From assembly GCA_021613535.1 (NCBI GenBank), contig CP075494.1, forward strand, positions 11,842,001-11,906,000: a DNA stretch of 64,000 nt, in the 5' to 3' direction. Under the pieces are notes generated by a model that saw nothing but the letters and a program-made list of their open reading frames with translations, was not told the DNA's origin and made no database searches. This DNA is from Adineta vaga. Its lineage: Eukaryota > Animalia > Rotifera. A program made the translations under genes and the position numbers. Shown one piece after another: positions 14,529-28,375 of this stretch (its first letter is position 1; the number at the start of each line of letters is the position of its first letter).

Positions 14529-16433
14529 TTAATAAATAGATTGAAGAACTGGACGAAGGCCACTTGAATCCATATTTAATAATTGTCGATTACGATCAAC
14601 TTCCGTATTCGGTGTGATCTCCGTATTCAAACGACGTCGCGTTTCTAATGCGCGTTTTTCTAACATAATAGAATTTGATTTAACTGCAATTTCATCTTCA
14701 ATACGATGTAAATTTTGTTGAAGAATATTCCATGCATGTCTAGAAAGAAAAACGAAATATTGAATCCTTTCGAAAATCAATTCGTTGTTCTTTTTACTTT
14801 GCTTGTTTTAATTGATCTTCTAAGGCACGTTTTTCCGCTTTTAATTGTTGAATTTCATTACATAACTAAAAATATAACTTTAATAAGTAGAAGGAAAAAA
14901 GAAGAATTGTATCAACATACGCCATAGCTGACTTCATCTCGAACAAGATCCATGCCTGGACGACTATGACGATTTTCTTGTCGAGTCATCGCTAATTTAA
15001 TCAATGGTTCTTTATCTAAACAAAATAAGATATAAATCCATGAAAAATTACATCCAAAAAAAAAACAAACTGTTTTTCATTACCTCGAATCGCTTTTTCT
15101 AAACGTTCAATATCGCTTTCATTACTAAGAATTTCTTCTTGAGTCTAGAAGATGAATGTAATTTACGACGAAAAGATTTAACATAAAAAACCAACCTGTT
15201 TCTTTTGCCATTCCAATTCATTCAATGATCTTTCAAGTTCATGTAAACGTTTTCGTAATGCATATTCACTGGCTTTACTTTGTGATTCAAGATCAGCTGC
15301 CGATTGTCCCATTGTATGAAAGATACTTTCACGAAGACGTGTTGATTCATACACTACAAATGATTTCTCTGTGTATATATCAAATCATGTTTAATTCGTA
15401 CTTTCTTTTTCTGCACGATCTTTATTATATTTTGAAAAAGCTAACCATTCTTCTGGTGTAATTTGTCCTTTAATTGGTCGACATGGATCAGGTTTATAAC
15501 TAATATTTGGTGAAAATTCATTTAATTGTAAATTTTCTTCACAAATAGCAAAAGCAGTATGTTTATCTTGTAAATCCTATATAGGGTTTGATTTTTTTGT
15601 TGTTGTAGAAATGTATAACAAAAAAAAGAAAATATTTACTCGAATTAATTGTTGTTTAGCTTCAGTTAGACGAGCAATTTGATCAAAAGAAGTTTGAACT
15701 TGTTGATGAAGTTGTCGTTTGACTCCATCAATAACATAAACTTCCTAGAATACTTCAGATATGAATGAATTTGAAGAAGAAATACCGAAATACCTTTTTC
15801 AATTCTCGTTCAGGTTCATCATCAGCATTATCAATCGCTTTACGTCCATCACGTGTTACATGATTTTCCAAAGCTACATCTAGAAAAAGGAAGTTTTGTA
15901 TATATAAATGAATTAAAAGAAAACCGAACCTAATGGTCGACGCATTGATTCAAGATATCGTTCGCATTGTTCCTTTGCTGTTTGGATCGCTTGAATTTCT
16001 CGATCAATATCTTGAATAGTATATTCAAGTGTCTTGCGCCATTTGTCAATTTCATCAAGTCGATCAGAAATTCGTACATCACTAAAGAATAATAAAATAA
16101 ACAAATCATCTTAAGTATTTATCAAATTATTTACTTATCATGTTTATTCCACCATGATTCGTTATATGTTTCATTGATTAATTGTCGACCATCTTGTCGT
16201 ACTTGATGTGAAACATTTCGACTACGTTCTGCATCATAAGAAATCGCATAGCTAGATAAACAACAAATAAAATACGTATGAAAATCTTCACGAATTAACT
16301 ATTACTTATGATTGAACCAATCTGGTACACTATACTTCGCGCGTGGTTTTTCTTCAAGTGTTGGATGAATCGTATGAATAGCGACTTCCGAACGTGGTTT
16401 TAAAGGTTTGGAAAGTGCTTCAAATCCACTCAT
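14529..16433 (-). CDS. Tektin (tektin-2/B1-like) ciliary filament protein
   Basis: YSVPDWFNHN, SHQVRQDGRQLINET, ISDRLDEIDKWRKTLE, SPNISYKPDP and a signature variant RPGMDLVRDEV. Coiled-coil; many short introns. Confidence 0.9.
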
Positions 16434-17944
16434 TCGAATATATACTATAGACTTCTAACAACAAATAATCTCCAAAGAATTATTGAATAGTACGTCCACA
16501 AGGTATGTTTATATGCCATTTTGACGAATATCTCTATAGAAAACCTTGACAACGGAACGCTTTTACGAGTAAAATGTGACTTTTAAACTGAAACGAAAAA
16601 AGATTGTAATGAAACAATTGATATTTGTACGCTGATTTGATTGCAGTCAAATTCGCAATTATGAAATAGATAGAGAGGTCGCTAGAGATCATCTATCATG
16701 AACTCTAGTACAAGCTATTGTAAAAGTCAAGTCAAATAGTAGGCGTCAATTTGTATAATCGACAAAATAAATGCAAAAACAAGAATTTAATTAATCAATT
16801 TCCGTAAAGATATACATCATCGTGTATCTTTCGAAGATTTTCTAATCTTGACAAAGAATAGTTCTAATTATTTTTATATCTATTCTTAATTTGAAAAAAT
16901 CAATAATATTTGGATCCTCCCAGGAACTTCTCAATTAATGTTTGCCTTCTATATTTTGCATTCTGATTGAAGTGACAACTATTTAGTATGCAGACGGACA
17001 AGTAACAAGACATTGAACATCGGCTCTAATAAAATCCGCTCAGTACAGCTAGAATTCATACCAAAAGTATCGAAAAAGCAATCATCAGATGAATAAACAT
17101 CTAACATATCCTTGTTTTATTTCTTTGTAACTATTTCACAGAACATTCTGTAATAAGTGTTTGTTTTGAAATAGTTATTAGCGAAAATTGTATCTCTTAC
17201 TTAACAATAAGAGTTTGAGCAGAAACGATGGAAATAGATTGTTTCTCTCGTCATTCAACAGTCCTTTTTCTCAAGAATTTTCCGTCATTGTTGATTATTC
17301 ATTTCTATTCGAAACAATAAAGATGATTTTTTGACATCTGCTTATTTATTTAGATAACTAATATTAATAAGATTGTCTCTTATCTTGCGTAACAAAAGAG
17401 ATAGTAAGTATTAACGAATTGAATCACAATTAATGTGATTTATTTCTTTGAGATAAAAGAAAAAAATACGAACAAATGGTTTTTATATCCTATATTCATC
17501 TCAACATTTTTGTGTTTTATGATTGATTTTCTATATCTCGGTTTTTGTTTTATACTTTATTAATCTATCTACTCGAGATAATCAATAGAGAATTCGAATA
17601 TAGAATCATGAATAATAACGGAAATGTTCGATCATAGTCAGTATTTATATAAATAAACAGTGATGAACATCGAGAAAAACAAGAAATATAGAATCAGATG
17701 AAATCCAATCTTTTCTGCCATTCTTTATTATCTATTTTCAATAAATGAGTAGAAAAGAGGAGAAAAAGAGAGTATCATAAATTGAGGATGAGCATCAATG
17801 TTTATTATCGATGATAAATTCCAGACATGAAAAACCCCCGCATCACCATGTATATATATATATATATATATGAATGTAAATAAAATTACGACTGCTTATT
17901 TGATTTGATTCCAGATTTAGTTGAATATATTCCAAGAAAGTAAA

Positions 17945-18299
17945 ATGTACATTACTAAATATTCAATCCTATTCATTTGTGTCATCGTTTCTTTTGGTAA
18001 AATATGTCATTTGTTCTTTGAACATTATCTATAAAATTTATCTTTTAGTTCTTCTCTTGTGTGCGAATGCTGATTCAAGTGAACAACAAGAACATATACT
18101 TGATATTAGTAATGAAGATTATGATGATGTCATTGAGGCATATCGTCGTGCATCACTTCGACCGTTCGTTGTACAGCAACGAGCATCACTTCGACCATTT
18201 ACCGGTAAACGAGCATCATTAAGACCATTTGGAAAGCGTGCCTCACTTCGACCATTTGGTAAACGTGCATCGTTACGTCCTCCAAATTATTTCGGTTAA
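17945..18299 (+). CDS. Neuropeptide precursor encoding ASLRPF-amide-type peptides
   Basis: Exon 17945-17996 plus 18049-18299 gives the signal peptide MYITKYSILFICVIVSFVLLLCANA, an acidic spacer, then five ASLRP copies flanked by RR/R/GKR. Ends in G. Confidence 0.9.
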
Positions 18300-18516
18300 T
18301 GAAATAAGCATTTCGAACATTACATTCATCGACTTTGCTGGTTTTCTCTTTTTTCTTTTCGCATAGACAACATCGAAGAAATAAAAAAAAGTATAAAATA
18401 TCTATTATGGAATTTTCGATTTTATTTCTCATAAAAATCATTTCGTGCCCACTGTCTTTTATGTCGTTTTGTTCTCTATTGCACAATATTATAAAAAAAA
18501 ACAAAATCAGATATCA

Positions 18517-18805
18517 TCAGTCACGTTTGGCATGACGACGAACTTTTGCAATGTTTGTTTGCTGTTGAGATTTAGCACGTTTAGCTTTTTCATTGCGATC
18601 AATATCTTTTGCTAAACGATAAGCTAGATAACCAGATATTATGAACATTGGAGTTAAAAACATAAAGACATAATAAAGAAATTGCCACGGATTTGTAGCT
18701 GAAAAACGAAAGAATATTTTTGAAATTATGTCATCGAAAGAATAATTAAATACCTGCATAAACAGCAATATCCATAAATTTTTGATGCCAATCAAATGAA
18801 AACAT
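18517..18805 (-). CDS. SMIM15: Small integral membrane protein 15-like
   Basis: With intron 18699-18753: MFSFDWHQKFMDIAVYAATNPWQFLYYVFMFLTPMFIISGYLAYRLAKDIDRNEKAKRAKSQQQTNIAKVRRHAKRD, matching the SMIM15 pattern. Confidence 0.85.
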
Positions 18806-19297
18806 TGTGCTTTAATAAAACTTCACGTTTGTTTGGAATGAATGAAGATGGATGAAGAAAAGTGAACGAAAGGTTTAACTGGATGGTAGTTGTGCCAATA
18901 AGAAATTTACAAAACGAAAACAAAACTACATACACTTCGTATATCTGTAAATAGAAGAGAACAGATAGGTCGCCACAATAGTTGATCGTTTTATGATTTA
19001 ATAAGCATAGGTACTATTCATCGATCAACTCGAAAGCGTTCGTGTGGCACATAAATGTGCGTATCATGAAATGATTTGCAAGATATCCTAAGTTTTTATT
19101 ATTGTTTCACACAAAAAGAAACCAAACTGTTTTCTCTAATATAAAATGTATCAATGAAAAAAGAGAAGAGAAAAATAATCAAGCAAGGAGTGGAGAATAC
19201 GGATAGCAAGAAAAGTGTTATTCTAAATATAAGAATCTTCTTCTTCTTCTAGGAATGCATGATTCAAATAAAACGGTTTGCTGTTGTTATTGTTATC

Positions 19298-21229
19298 TTA
19301 ATTGACGTAGTTAAGTTTTTTATTTAATGTGATTTTGATTTCATTAATGAAATCTTTGGTATTCAAATACATTCCTTCTTTAACACTAAAAAGAAAACAT
19401 TTCATCAAGATAATTTTTAAGAATTAATCTTATTATTAATGGCATACTTTTTCAGTCCATGAATACAAGCAACAAGATCTTTAGTCATTTTCTTTGAATC
19501 AACTGTTTCGACACAAGCTTCTTCAAGTAAATGACACCAACTAAAGACAAGTTCATATAAGAACAGATAGATATATTGGAAAAAGTTAAATTACCGTTGA
19601 AGTTCTTCATTGCCATCAAGTTTACCACGATGTTCGAGACCACGTGTCCATGCAAAAATACTTGCAATAGGATTTGTGCTTGTTGATTTTCCCTATGAAA
19701 ATCAGATATCTATCGAGATTTTCTTCTTCTTCAGTTTTATCTTACTTTTTGATGTTCACGATAATGACGTGTTACAGTACCATGAGCAGCTTCTGCTTCA
19801 ATTGTTTTTCCATCTGGACAGATAAGAACTGATGACATAAGACCAAGACTGCCATAACCTATTTTCAACAGAAAAAATAGATTTTAACCATTCAATAGAT
19901 TTTTTATCATTACCTTGGGCAACAATGTCGGATTGTACATCTCCATCATAATTTTTACAAGCCCAAACGAAACCACCAGTACTTTTAAGTGCTTGTGCCA
20001 CCATATCATCAATTAATCGATGTTCATACCAGATTTTATTTCGATCGAATTCTTGTTTATATTGTCGTTGATAAACTTCTTCAAAGATATCTTTAAAACG
20101 ACCATCATATCGTTTAAGAATAGTATTTTTCGTGGACATATATAATGGATAATTCTAATTATAAAGAAATAAATTAGTATTTCTTGAAGTTCAATCTTTT
20201 TTATGTCATACCTTTTTCAATGCATATTGAAAGCATGCATGAGCAAAGCCAGTTATTGATTCATCAGTATTGTACATAGCTAATGCGACACCACCAGAAT
20301 TGGTAAAGTTGAAAACTTCAACTTCTTTTGGTGGTGAACCATCGGCTGGTGTATATTTTAATGTAACACGACCTGGATGTTTGATGACCATATCTTGACA
20401 ACGATATTGATCACCAAAAGCATGACGGCCGATGATAATTGGTTCTTTCCAGCCGGGAACTAATAACGGGATTGTTTTGCAAATAATTGGTTCACGAAAG
20501 ACAGTTCCACCCTAAAAAGAATTAATATAGCTATCATTTTTCTTCAAAAAACGAAACGTACAAGGATATTTCGAATAGTTCCATTAGGTGAAAGCCACAT
20601 TTTTTTCAATTTGAATTCTAAAAATTGCACAGAACAAGAATGAATTTATGAAACTAAAGTTGATTTTACCTTCAACTCGTTGTTCATCAGGTGTAATTGT
20701 TGCACATTTGATACCGACATTGTATCGTTGGATAGCATGAGCTGATTCAATAGTAACTTGATCATCTGTAGCATCACGATTTTCCAAGCCCAAATCATAA
20801 TATTTGCAGTCAATATCAACATAAGGAAGAACAAGCTGGAAAAAACAACGATTTCCTTTTTTTTCTACATTATCTCAAAACGAACCATTTCTTTGATCCA
20901 TGCCCAGATAATACGTGTCATTTCATCACCATCTAATTCGACAACTGGATTAGCAACTTTGATACGTTTTTGTGGCGATGCCGTTGATCCTTAAATAGTA
21001 TCGTTAATTTATTTATTTCATCGAAAATGATGGCAGAAAGCAAGCGTTGTACAAGCTTGTGACACACCCCTACGGGCCCCATAGGTCATGTTTATTTTAA
21101 GATCGTACCTTGTCGAGTCTGATTGTTTTGCGATGGCATTGTTGAAATGATGCTTGATTTCAAAAGACATCCTGATGTTTCATATGATCTAATATTTCGA
21201 GCAATAGATCGAAGAAGAAATGAAGCCAT
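19298..21229 (-). CDS. IDH2: NADP-dependent isocitrate dehydrogenase, mitochondrial type
   Basis: Arg/Ser-rich presequence [16 protein letters not shown], then [56 protein letters not shown] and [11 protein letters not shown]. Stop at 19298-19300. Confidence 0.95.
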
Positions 21230-21668
21230 TGTATGAACAATCGTGAACGAAACTTTCTACAAAAAAAAAGGAGGACAATGATAAGAAAAAATATGTCAAA
21301 GAGAAAAACAATCTCGATAATAATGAAGAACTTTCGTGTTTATGTCTATCTACGTGTCTCACTCTATAGAAAACAACATTCCAATCGATTACGATTGGAT
21401 CTTTAAATGAAGTAGTAAAACAACAAATCATTTGAAAAACAAATCTATTATTATTTATCTATCGAAGTACCTAAAAATGAAAAAAGAATTAGGTCAGCGA
21501 TTGTGCTGCACTCTAGGTCAATATAAAGGCAACGGTATAATACCAATGAAAATGTATGAATCAATCAAAAATAAGAAGATGCGTTTCTTACGCATTAGTC
21601 AACTTTGTGTCTTGCAACTTGTCAAAAACTTTGTGAAAAGGAGATATTAGCCGCTTTTAATCTTCGTA

Positions 21669-24559
21669 ATGAGCACAAACACTGCTTCTTCATCGAATAG
21701 TCGAACATTTGATCCAACAGCATTACCGCCTCGATGGTTAGATTGCCCAAGAAAATCGACTATTATTGCTGGTAGATATCAAGAAAACAAGTTTAATAGT
21801 ATTTCAAATTACTTTTTTTTCAGAGAGATTCATTGCCTTTAAAACACCATTGGATGATCGATATAAAGAGAAAATCCCTCCCATTCATAAATGGACATGT
21901 TCGATGTTAATTAGTGGTTTTAAAAGCGAACAAGTATGTTTGTGTCTTTTATTAATTAAGATGCATATGATGATGATGATTTTTATCCTAGAAAAAACTT
22001 GGTCTTGTCATTGATTTAACGAATACAGATCGATTTTATAAAAGTGATGATGAATTCAAAGCGAAAAATATTCAATATGAAAAAATTCGATGTCGCGGGT
22101 AAGAAGTGTTGTTTCAACGAAATAATAGTTTGTCAATATATAATATGACTCTTTTTTAGACATGGTGAAGCACCGGGTGATGCACAAATTAATCATTTTA
22201 CATCTACTTGTAATGAATTTTTCAGAAATGACCCTAATGGAATCATTGGTTCGATCTATTGGTCTTGATTTCTACCTAATAGAAAAAGAATATTTTATGT
22301 CATGTAGGTGTTCATTGTACACATGGATTCAATCGAACAGGATTTCTCATATGTGCATATCTCTGCTGTGAATATGATATGAGGTTATATTTCGAAGTTT
22401 GATCGTCTTTGGATCATTAATTTAGCTATTTTTTTAGTATTGATGCTACAATTAATATGTTTGCTAAAGCAAGACCAACAGGAATCTACAAACAGGATTA
22501 TTTAGATGAATTAGTAAGAAGATTCGGTGACAATAGTGTTGATTTAATTCAAGCACCTCCCAGAGAGAGTTGGTGCCTTAGTAAGACGATAGTTATTTTT
22601 TTTCAATAAAGAAAATAAAGAAAAATCTTATTTACAGCTAACAGTGACGACGAAGATGAGCCCAATGAACGACCAGTGGCTACTGGTGGAGTTAAACGAC
22701 CAGCCAGTAATTTCTACGAACAATCTAATAAACGATCTCATGTAGAACCGCAAGTAAACGAATTAATTGTTATGATACACTAAGATCTGATTCTTCTGTT
22801 TATTTCTTAGAAAACAAATCCGCAATTTGCTGTTAATCTTCCTGGAGTAACACCTATATGTACTCAATCATTAATGACCAGTATTCAATTGAAATGTCAA
22901 CGAATGTGTGAATGGAATGGGTACTTTTCTTGATTTGTTCTTATTTAAAGTATATTTATTTCTTTAGACGAGGTTTTCCCGGATCTCAACCGGTTTCAAT
23001 GGATAACACTAATTATAAGTTAATTATACAATCTCCATATATGGTTAGTTGGAAAGCAGATGGTACACGGTAATTTTGATAGAACACGAAGAAGTGATAT
23101 TTGATTCGATATGAAATCTGTCTGTTATCTTCTACAGATACATGATGTTGATCGAAGATGAAAACAAAATTTATATGTTCGATCGTGATAATACTGTTTT
23201 TGAAATCAGTCATCTACGTTTTCCATACGATGCTGAATATACGCGTCATTTAACAAATACACTTGTTGATGGAGTAAATTTTTACTGTTTGTAAATATGT
23301 TATGGACGATCTTTTACTAGGAATTGGTACTGGATAATGTAAATGGTACTAAAGTACCAAGGTTTCTAATATATGATATTATTATCTATGAAGTAAGTAA
23401 AAAAAACGATGAAAAATGTTAAAAAAAATGATTTTCTTTAATTTTAGAATGAAAATGTTGGAAAAAAACCTTTTCGTGAACGACTTGACATCATACGTCG
23501 TTCAATTATAGATACAAGGAATCAAGCTATAACAAAAGGTCGTATTGATCGAAGTCGAGATCCATTTTCAATACGAAATAAAGACTTTTGGGATTTATCA
23601 ACTTTACATAAAGTAAGTCATTTTCGAATATCATTCATTTTTTCATAAAAATTGTTTACCATTTCAATATATTTCGAGGACATTTCGGAAAAGATGCATT
23701 ATTCTCTGTCTTTAACATTTTCAATCCGAACAGATTGTTGTTTTAAGAAAAAAAACTAGTTATGTATAATGACTCATATTTTTATGCATATCTGTTTGAG
23801 GATGTTATCAAATTAGATTCTTCGCTTAGTAGTTGATAAATCATTCGTGATATGACTGATTTTATTGTATATTGTTTTAGTTAGTTGGAACAAAATTTCG
23901 TTCGCAAATTGCTCATGAAGTCGATGGTCTTATTTTTCAACCTGAAATGGATGTAAGATCAACTTAGTTTCTTTTCTCTTTCATTGTTCATGTTTCTCGT
24001 CATATTCTAGCCGTATACAGTCGGACGTTCACCGCGTGTACTTAAATGGAAAGAAGATAATACAATTGATTTTCGTTTAAAAATTGTTACAGAGGAAAAG
24101 GCGGGGTATGCAAAGTATATCGTACGAAAGTCTTTTAATCATTCATATTTTAGACAACTATCAGAAAAGAAAGCTTATTTATTTGTCAACGGTATGAAGC
24201 CACCATTCGCAGGAATGCGATACCATCATAATTTACGTCAATATAATAATAAAATTATCGAATGTTCATTTATAAATAACGAATGGCAATTTCATCGAGA
24301 ACGTACTGATAAATCTTTTCCTAATGCCAAAGGTATGATTGCTCAGCAGATGAAAAAAACAAACAAATGTTTTATTAATATTAATCTCTTTTTTTTTTAG
24401 ACACAGCTTTTGGTAAGATAAAAAAGTTGCTACAGGTAGCTATTTTCCAATTCATTTTTAGGAGCGGTCCGAGCGTTAGAAGAACCAATAACGAAAGAAA
24501 TTCTCTGTTCACTTATTGATGAACATTTGAAATTTAATGAACATCGACAATTACTGTAA
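21669..24559 (+). CDS. RNGTT: Bifunctional mRNA capping enzyme (RNA triphosphatase plus guanylyltransferase)
   Basis: [28 protein letters not shown] (cysteine phosphatase loop), [17 protein letters not shown] (KxDG), [14 protein letters not shown] and [10 protein letters not shown] across many exons. Confidence 0.95.
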
Positions 24560-24784
24560 TAGAAAAAGATTTTTCTGTAGCTTTTCTTCTAAACACTGTT
24601 TTGTTGGTTAAATACGAATCTAAAACAAAGTACATATGTAAATATACGAACTAGTTGAGAATTGAAACACTCAAGATCAAGAAATGTTTGTTTTCTTTTG
24701 TACGATATGGGTTTTCTAGCATATATGACATTTATTATCAGAACTTTATAAAAAAATAACAACAGATATTATAACAAAACAAAA

Positions 24785-26297
24785 TCAATTCAATTCTTTA
24801 GGAAATTTTTGTATTCGATGATTATAACTATCAACAATATAAAGATTGCCTTGTCGGTCTATTGACAATTCTCGAGGATTAAACAATTGATTTGCTTGTT
24901 CACCATGTCCATGTCCACCAACAACGAGAGTACCTCTTTTCGAGCCTTTTAACCAACGCATTACTCGATGATTATTCGTATCAGCAACGTAGACAGTATC
25001 GAATTGATCGACAAGAATACCATTCGGACTTGATAATTGTGCTAAATCATCTCCTTCAGTTTGATTTCCGGCAACAACAATACCTTCTTTTGCACCTAGT
25101 TTCCATTTCATTACACGATGATTAAAATGATCGGATACATAAACTGATTGTTCATGATCAACAAAGATATTAGTAGGTGAATCCAATTGATTAAGACCCT
25201 TTCCTCGTTTATTACCACCAGCAACTACAATTCCATGAGTATCTCCTATTTGCCATCGTCTAACTTCATGTCGTTCGTAATCAGAAACATACAAATTACC
25301 ACTATCATCCATGGCTAAACCCCAACATACAATATTTGGAATCATGGTTTTGTTTTGTTCATCATGATGACGTGGACATTGTACTATTTGACGGTTTTCA
25401 AGATCACAAATAATAAAATTATCATTTAATTCATCGATAATAACAGCTCCTGGACGATTTAATTGATTAGTGCCATTGAGAAAATTTTCACCGTACGTTG
25501 CATTCTTCTTCCATTTGACAATACGATTATTTCGATAATCGGCAATATACAATGATTGATCATTATCATCCATACACATACTCACTGGATCATATAATTG
25601 AGTACATTCACTTCCTAATCCTTTTCCACCTGCAATAGTTATACCATTTTGTGACCATCTTTTATAATTTCTCATCGGTGGTAAAGATAATTCTGGTATA
25701 GATACTTTTTTTACTAGAGAATAAAAACAAAAATGATCTAGTTTTAATTCAAGTCTGCGATAATATGAAAAGAAACTTACCCGAAGTATTAACAGGTATA
25801 TTATAAACAAGTGGTGTAGAATCTTCTCGAAATTTCATATTGGATAATGTACTTTGTATGTCTTGTTGTAATTTAGCTAAATCAATTTTCCATTGACATA
25901 GATCTGTTTCAAGATAATCATTATCTTGTCGACTTCTTCGTAATTCTTCTGTTAATGTATTCAATCGATTTTCCAGATCAGTCGTACGTTTGCCGGTATG
26001 TTTTGCTACTATTAATCGAGCATCTTCTGCTTTGTTTTGAATACTTTGTATTGATACATCTTTCCATTCTTTAATTTTTTGTATACCATCATGATTTTTT
26101 GAATTATTTATTTGTTCAGTAAATGTTTGTCGAATAACATCGCACGTGTATTCCACATCTTCGAATACTGTACTTAATTCTTGCTGATGATGAGCCACAT
26201 GTTCAAAACAGAAAGTCTGCAAACAACCTTCGCATCTCCAAATACCTTTGCCTTTATTGCATGTAGCACAACGAGCTTTGTCAACCATGGTTATCAT
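24785..26297 (-). CDS. B-box-like zinc finger / coiled-coil / NHL-repeat protein
   Basis: Exon 1 (25781-26297) has CxxC...CxxCxxxxCxxHxxxH and a coiled coil; intron 25714-25780; exon 2 has about six NHL repeats (WSQNGITIAGG, LYIADYRNNRI, LYVSDYERHEV, VYVSDHFNHRV, VYVADTNNHRV, LYIVDSYNHRI). Confidence 0.9.
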
Positions 26298-28375
26298 ATG
26301 AATAATTTTCTATCAAGTGTGTATGATATCTACTATGTTTAATAAGTTTGTATGGAAAAAAGGTGTATTTATACTTAGTAATTTACCTGTATTCAATCTG
26401 GAAAAGAAAGAATATGAATCATCACGAAAAAAAACGATGGGGACTTAAAAAAATGAAAAAGTATTTCGTCATGACACGTCATGTGACACAATCAGATCGG
26501 ACAGATAACAATTTATTGAATAGTAATCGATACTTGCCATTCTGTAGCGTAGATTTTTTTCTCCTGATAAAACTTCATTTTCAAATAAAATAATGTAATC
26601 ATTGTTTTATAATACACCTTTTAGATTGAATACAAAAAAAACGTTAATCTACCTAATATTACGTCAAGTACTAAAATTATTTGCTCAAAAAATGCATAGT
26701 TTGTTTTGTTCAGAAAATGCGTTATGACGTTAGTGTAATTTGTGTGATCGCAATTTTTAAATAATTGTTTATGATGACGTGTTGACAAAGGTTCGACCCC
26801 ACGCATATATTAATGATCATTAATTTACGAGAACGAAAAATTATCATGAATTGAGTTTTTATTCTCACAGTTGGTAATTTTATATCGAATAGTTACATGC
26901 TACGTGGACATGTATGTATGATTTTATCATTTAACGGAAAATATCATAGTAGTAAAATGAGTCATTCAGAAATCAATGAGAAAATATTTCTTTTTCAAAT
27001 TCCCAATAAATACGGAAAAACCCTATTGATTACCATGTTGAGTGTACTTGATTCAGTTTTTTACAATGATATTTGTCTATTTCCGTTATTACGTAACTAT
27101 TACATAGATTCTTATGTGAATTATTATGTCTTTATCAAAAAAGAATGTAATTAAGACACATGAATGCACATTCATTTGAATTCAAAAATATGAATATAGA
27201 CAGGAAATGAATCTATGATATATTATCTACATTCATATCTTTCGAAATATAAGTTATTTTGTGTCAGTCAATGATTTTTCTAACTGAAATTACACATATT
27301 GCAAAGCATATTTGAAATAATTTACCCGGCAAGAAAACCTGAAATCTTCAAAAATATAACGAAAGGAAAGAATTGTATTGATTAGTCAATGGCTTTAAGA
27401 ATCAAGTACTTTCTTAGTAAGATATATTTGATATATATGCGATTTCTTCAAAAACAATGTTCCTTGTCTTTGCTATACAGACCTCTTGAAACACTGCAAC
27501 TACTGAATTTTGACAAGGTTCTTGTCAAGCAATCTCAACATTTCCTGTAATGCACTTCTCAATAACAATAGATGAAGACTATAGATTCAACATTATATGT
27601 TAGGACTGAAAAGAAAATCAGTACTTGTTTTTGATAGAAAATATGACATGAGAAAAAGCATCTTTTCTCTTTCGAAGAAAAGATTTTATCAATACATGTC
27701 ATGGAATAGACATAACATCTTTGATATGGTAAAAGAATATTGTATCCATAAAGAAAATGAAATATCATTAAGTGTATCTAACAACTGTTAAAGCAATTTT
27801 CTTATTGTATCTGAAGCTTGCTCTTACACGACTGACATTTTTATCGTTTAGTTCTGGGAAACTATTCTTCCATTTGTTCACTGAATCTAATGAATAATAA
27901 ATTGAAAATTTCGATATTTCAACTCATATTTGATATGAATACGAATGAATAATCATGTAGAAAAGTAATATTAACAAGTAGCGTCCCCTGTCGTCATATT
28001 TACAAGTAAGTCAAATCTAATATGAGAAGAATAAATATGAATATTCATTCATGTTCGTAATACGATTAATCTTCCAATCGTATTATCAATTGCATACATG
28101 TCAAGAAAAGTAGAGGCCACATCATTCAAAAATATTTGTTCCATTTCGAATCCAATGGCGATGAAGAGCTTATTAATCAATAAACATAAAAACAAATACT
28201 CATCATATCATTTTAATAGTACTCAATCAACATAGAAGGATTCTTCTTTTCATATCGTAGTTTTCCTTCTATTGAAGAGAACGAAGTTGATGATCGATGT
28301 TGATCTTTTTGTTTTAGTTTTAGACAATATCAAGAACCATTGACATAAAATTTCGGCTTATAAAAACAAAACAAA

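Noticed and set aside
16540-16556. Possible RFX X-box upstream of tektin (and GTTCGATGGCAAC at 45406-45418)
   Set aside because: Only one half-site matches well; too weak to call by eye.
18145-18280. Short spaced repeats resembling a CRISPR array
   Set aside because: They are codon-degenerate neuropeptide copies with no unique spacers and no cas genes.
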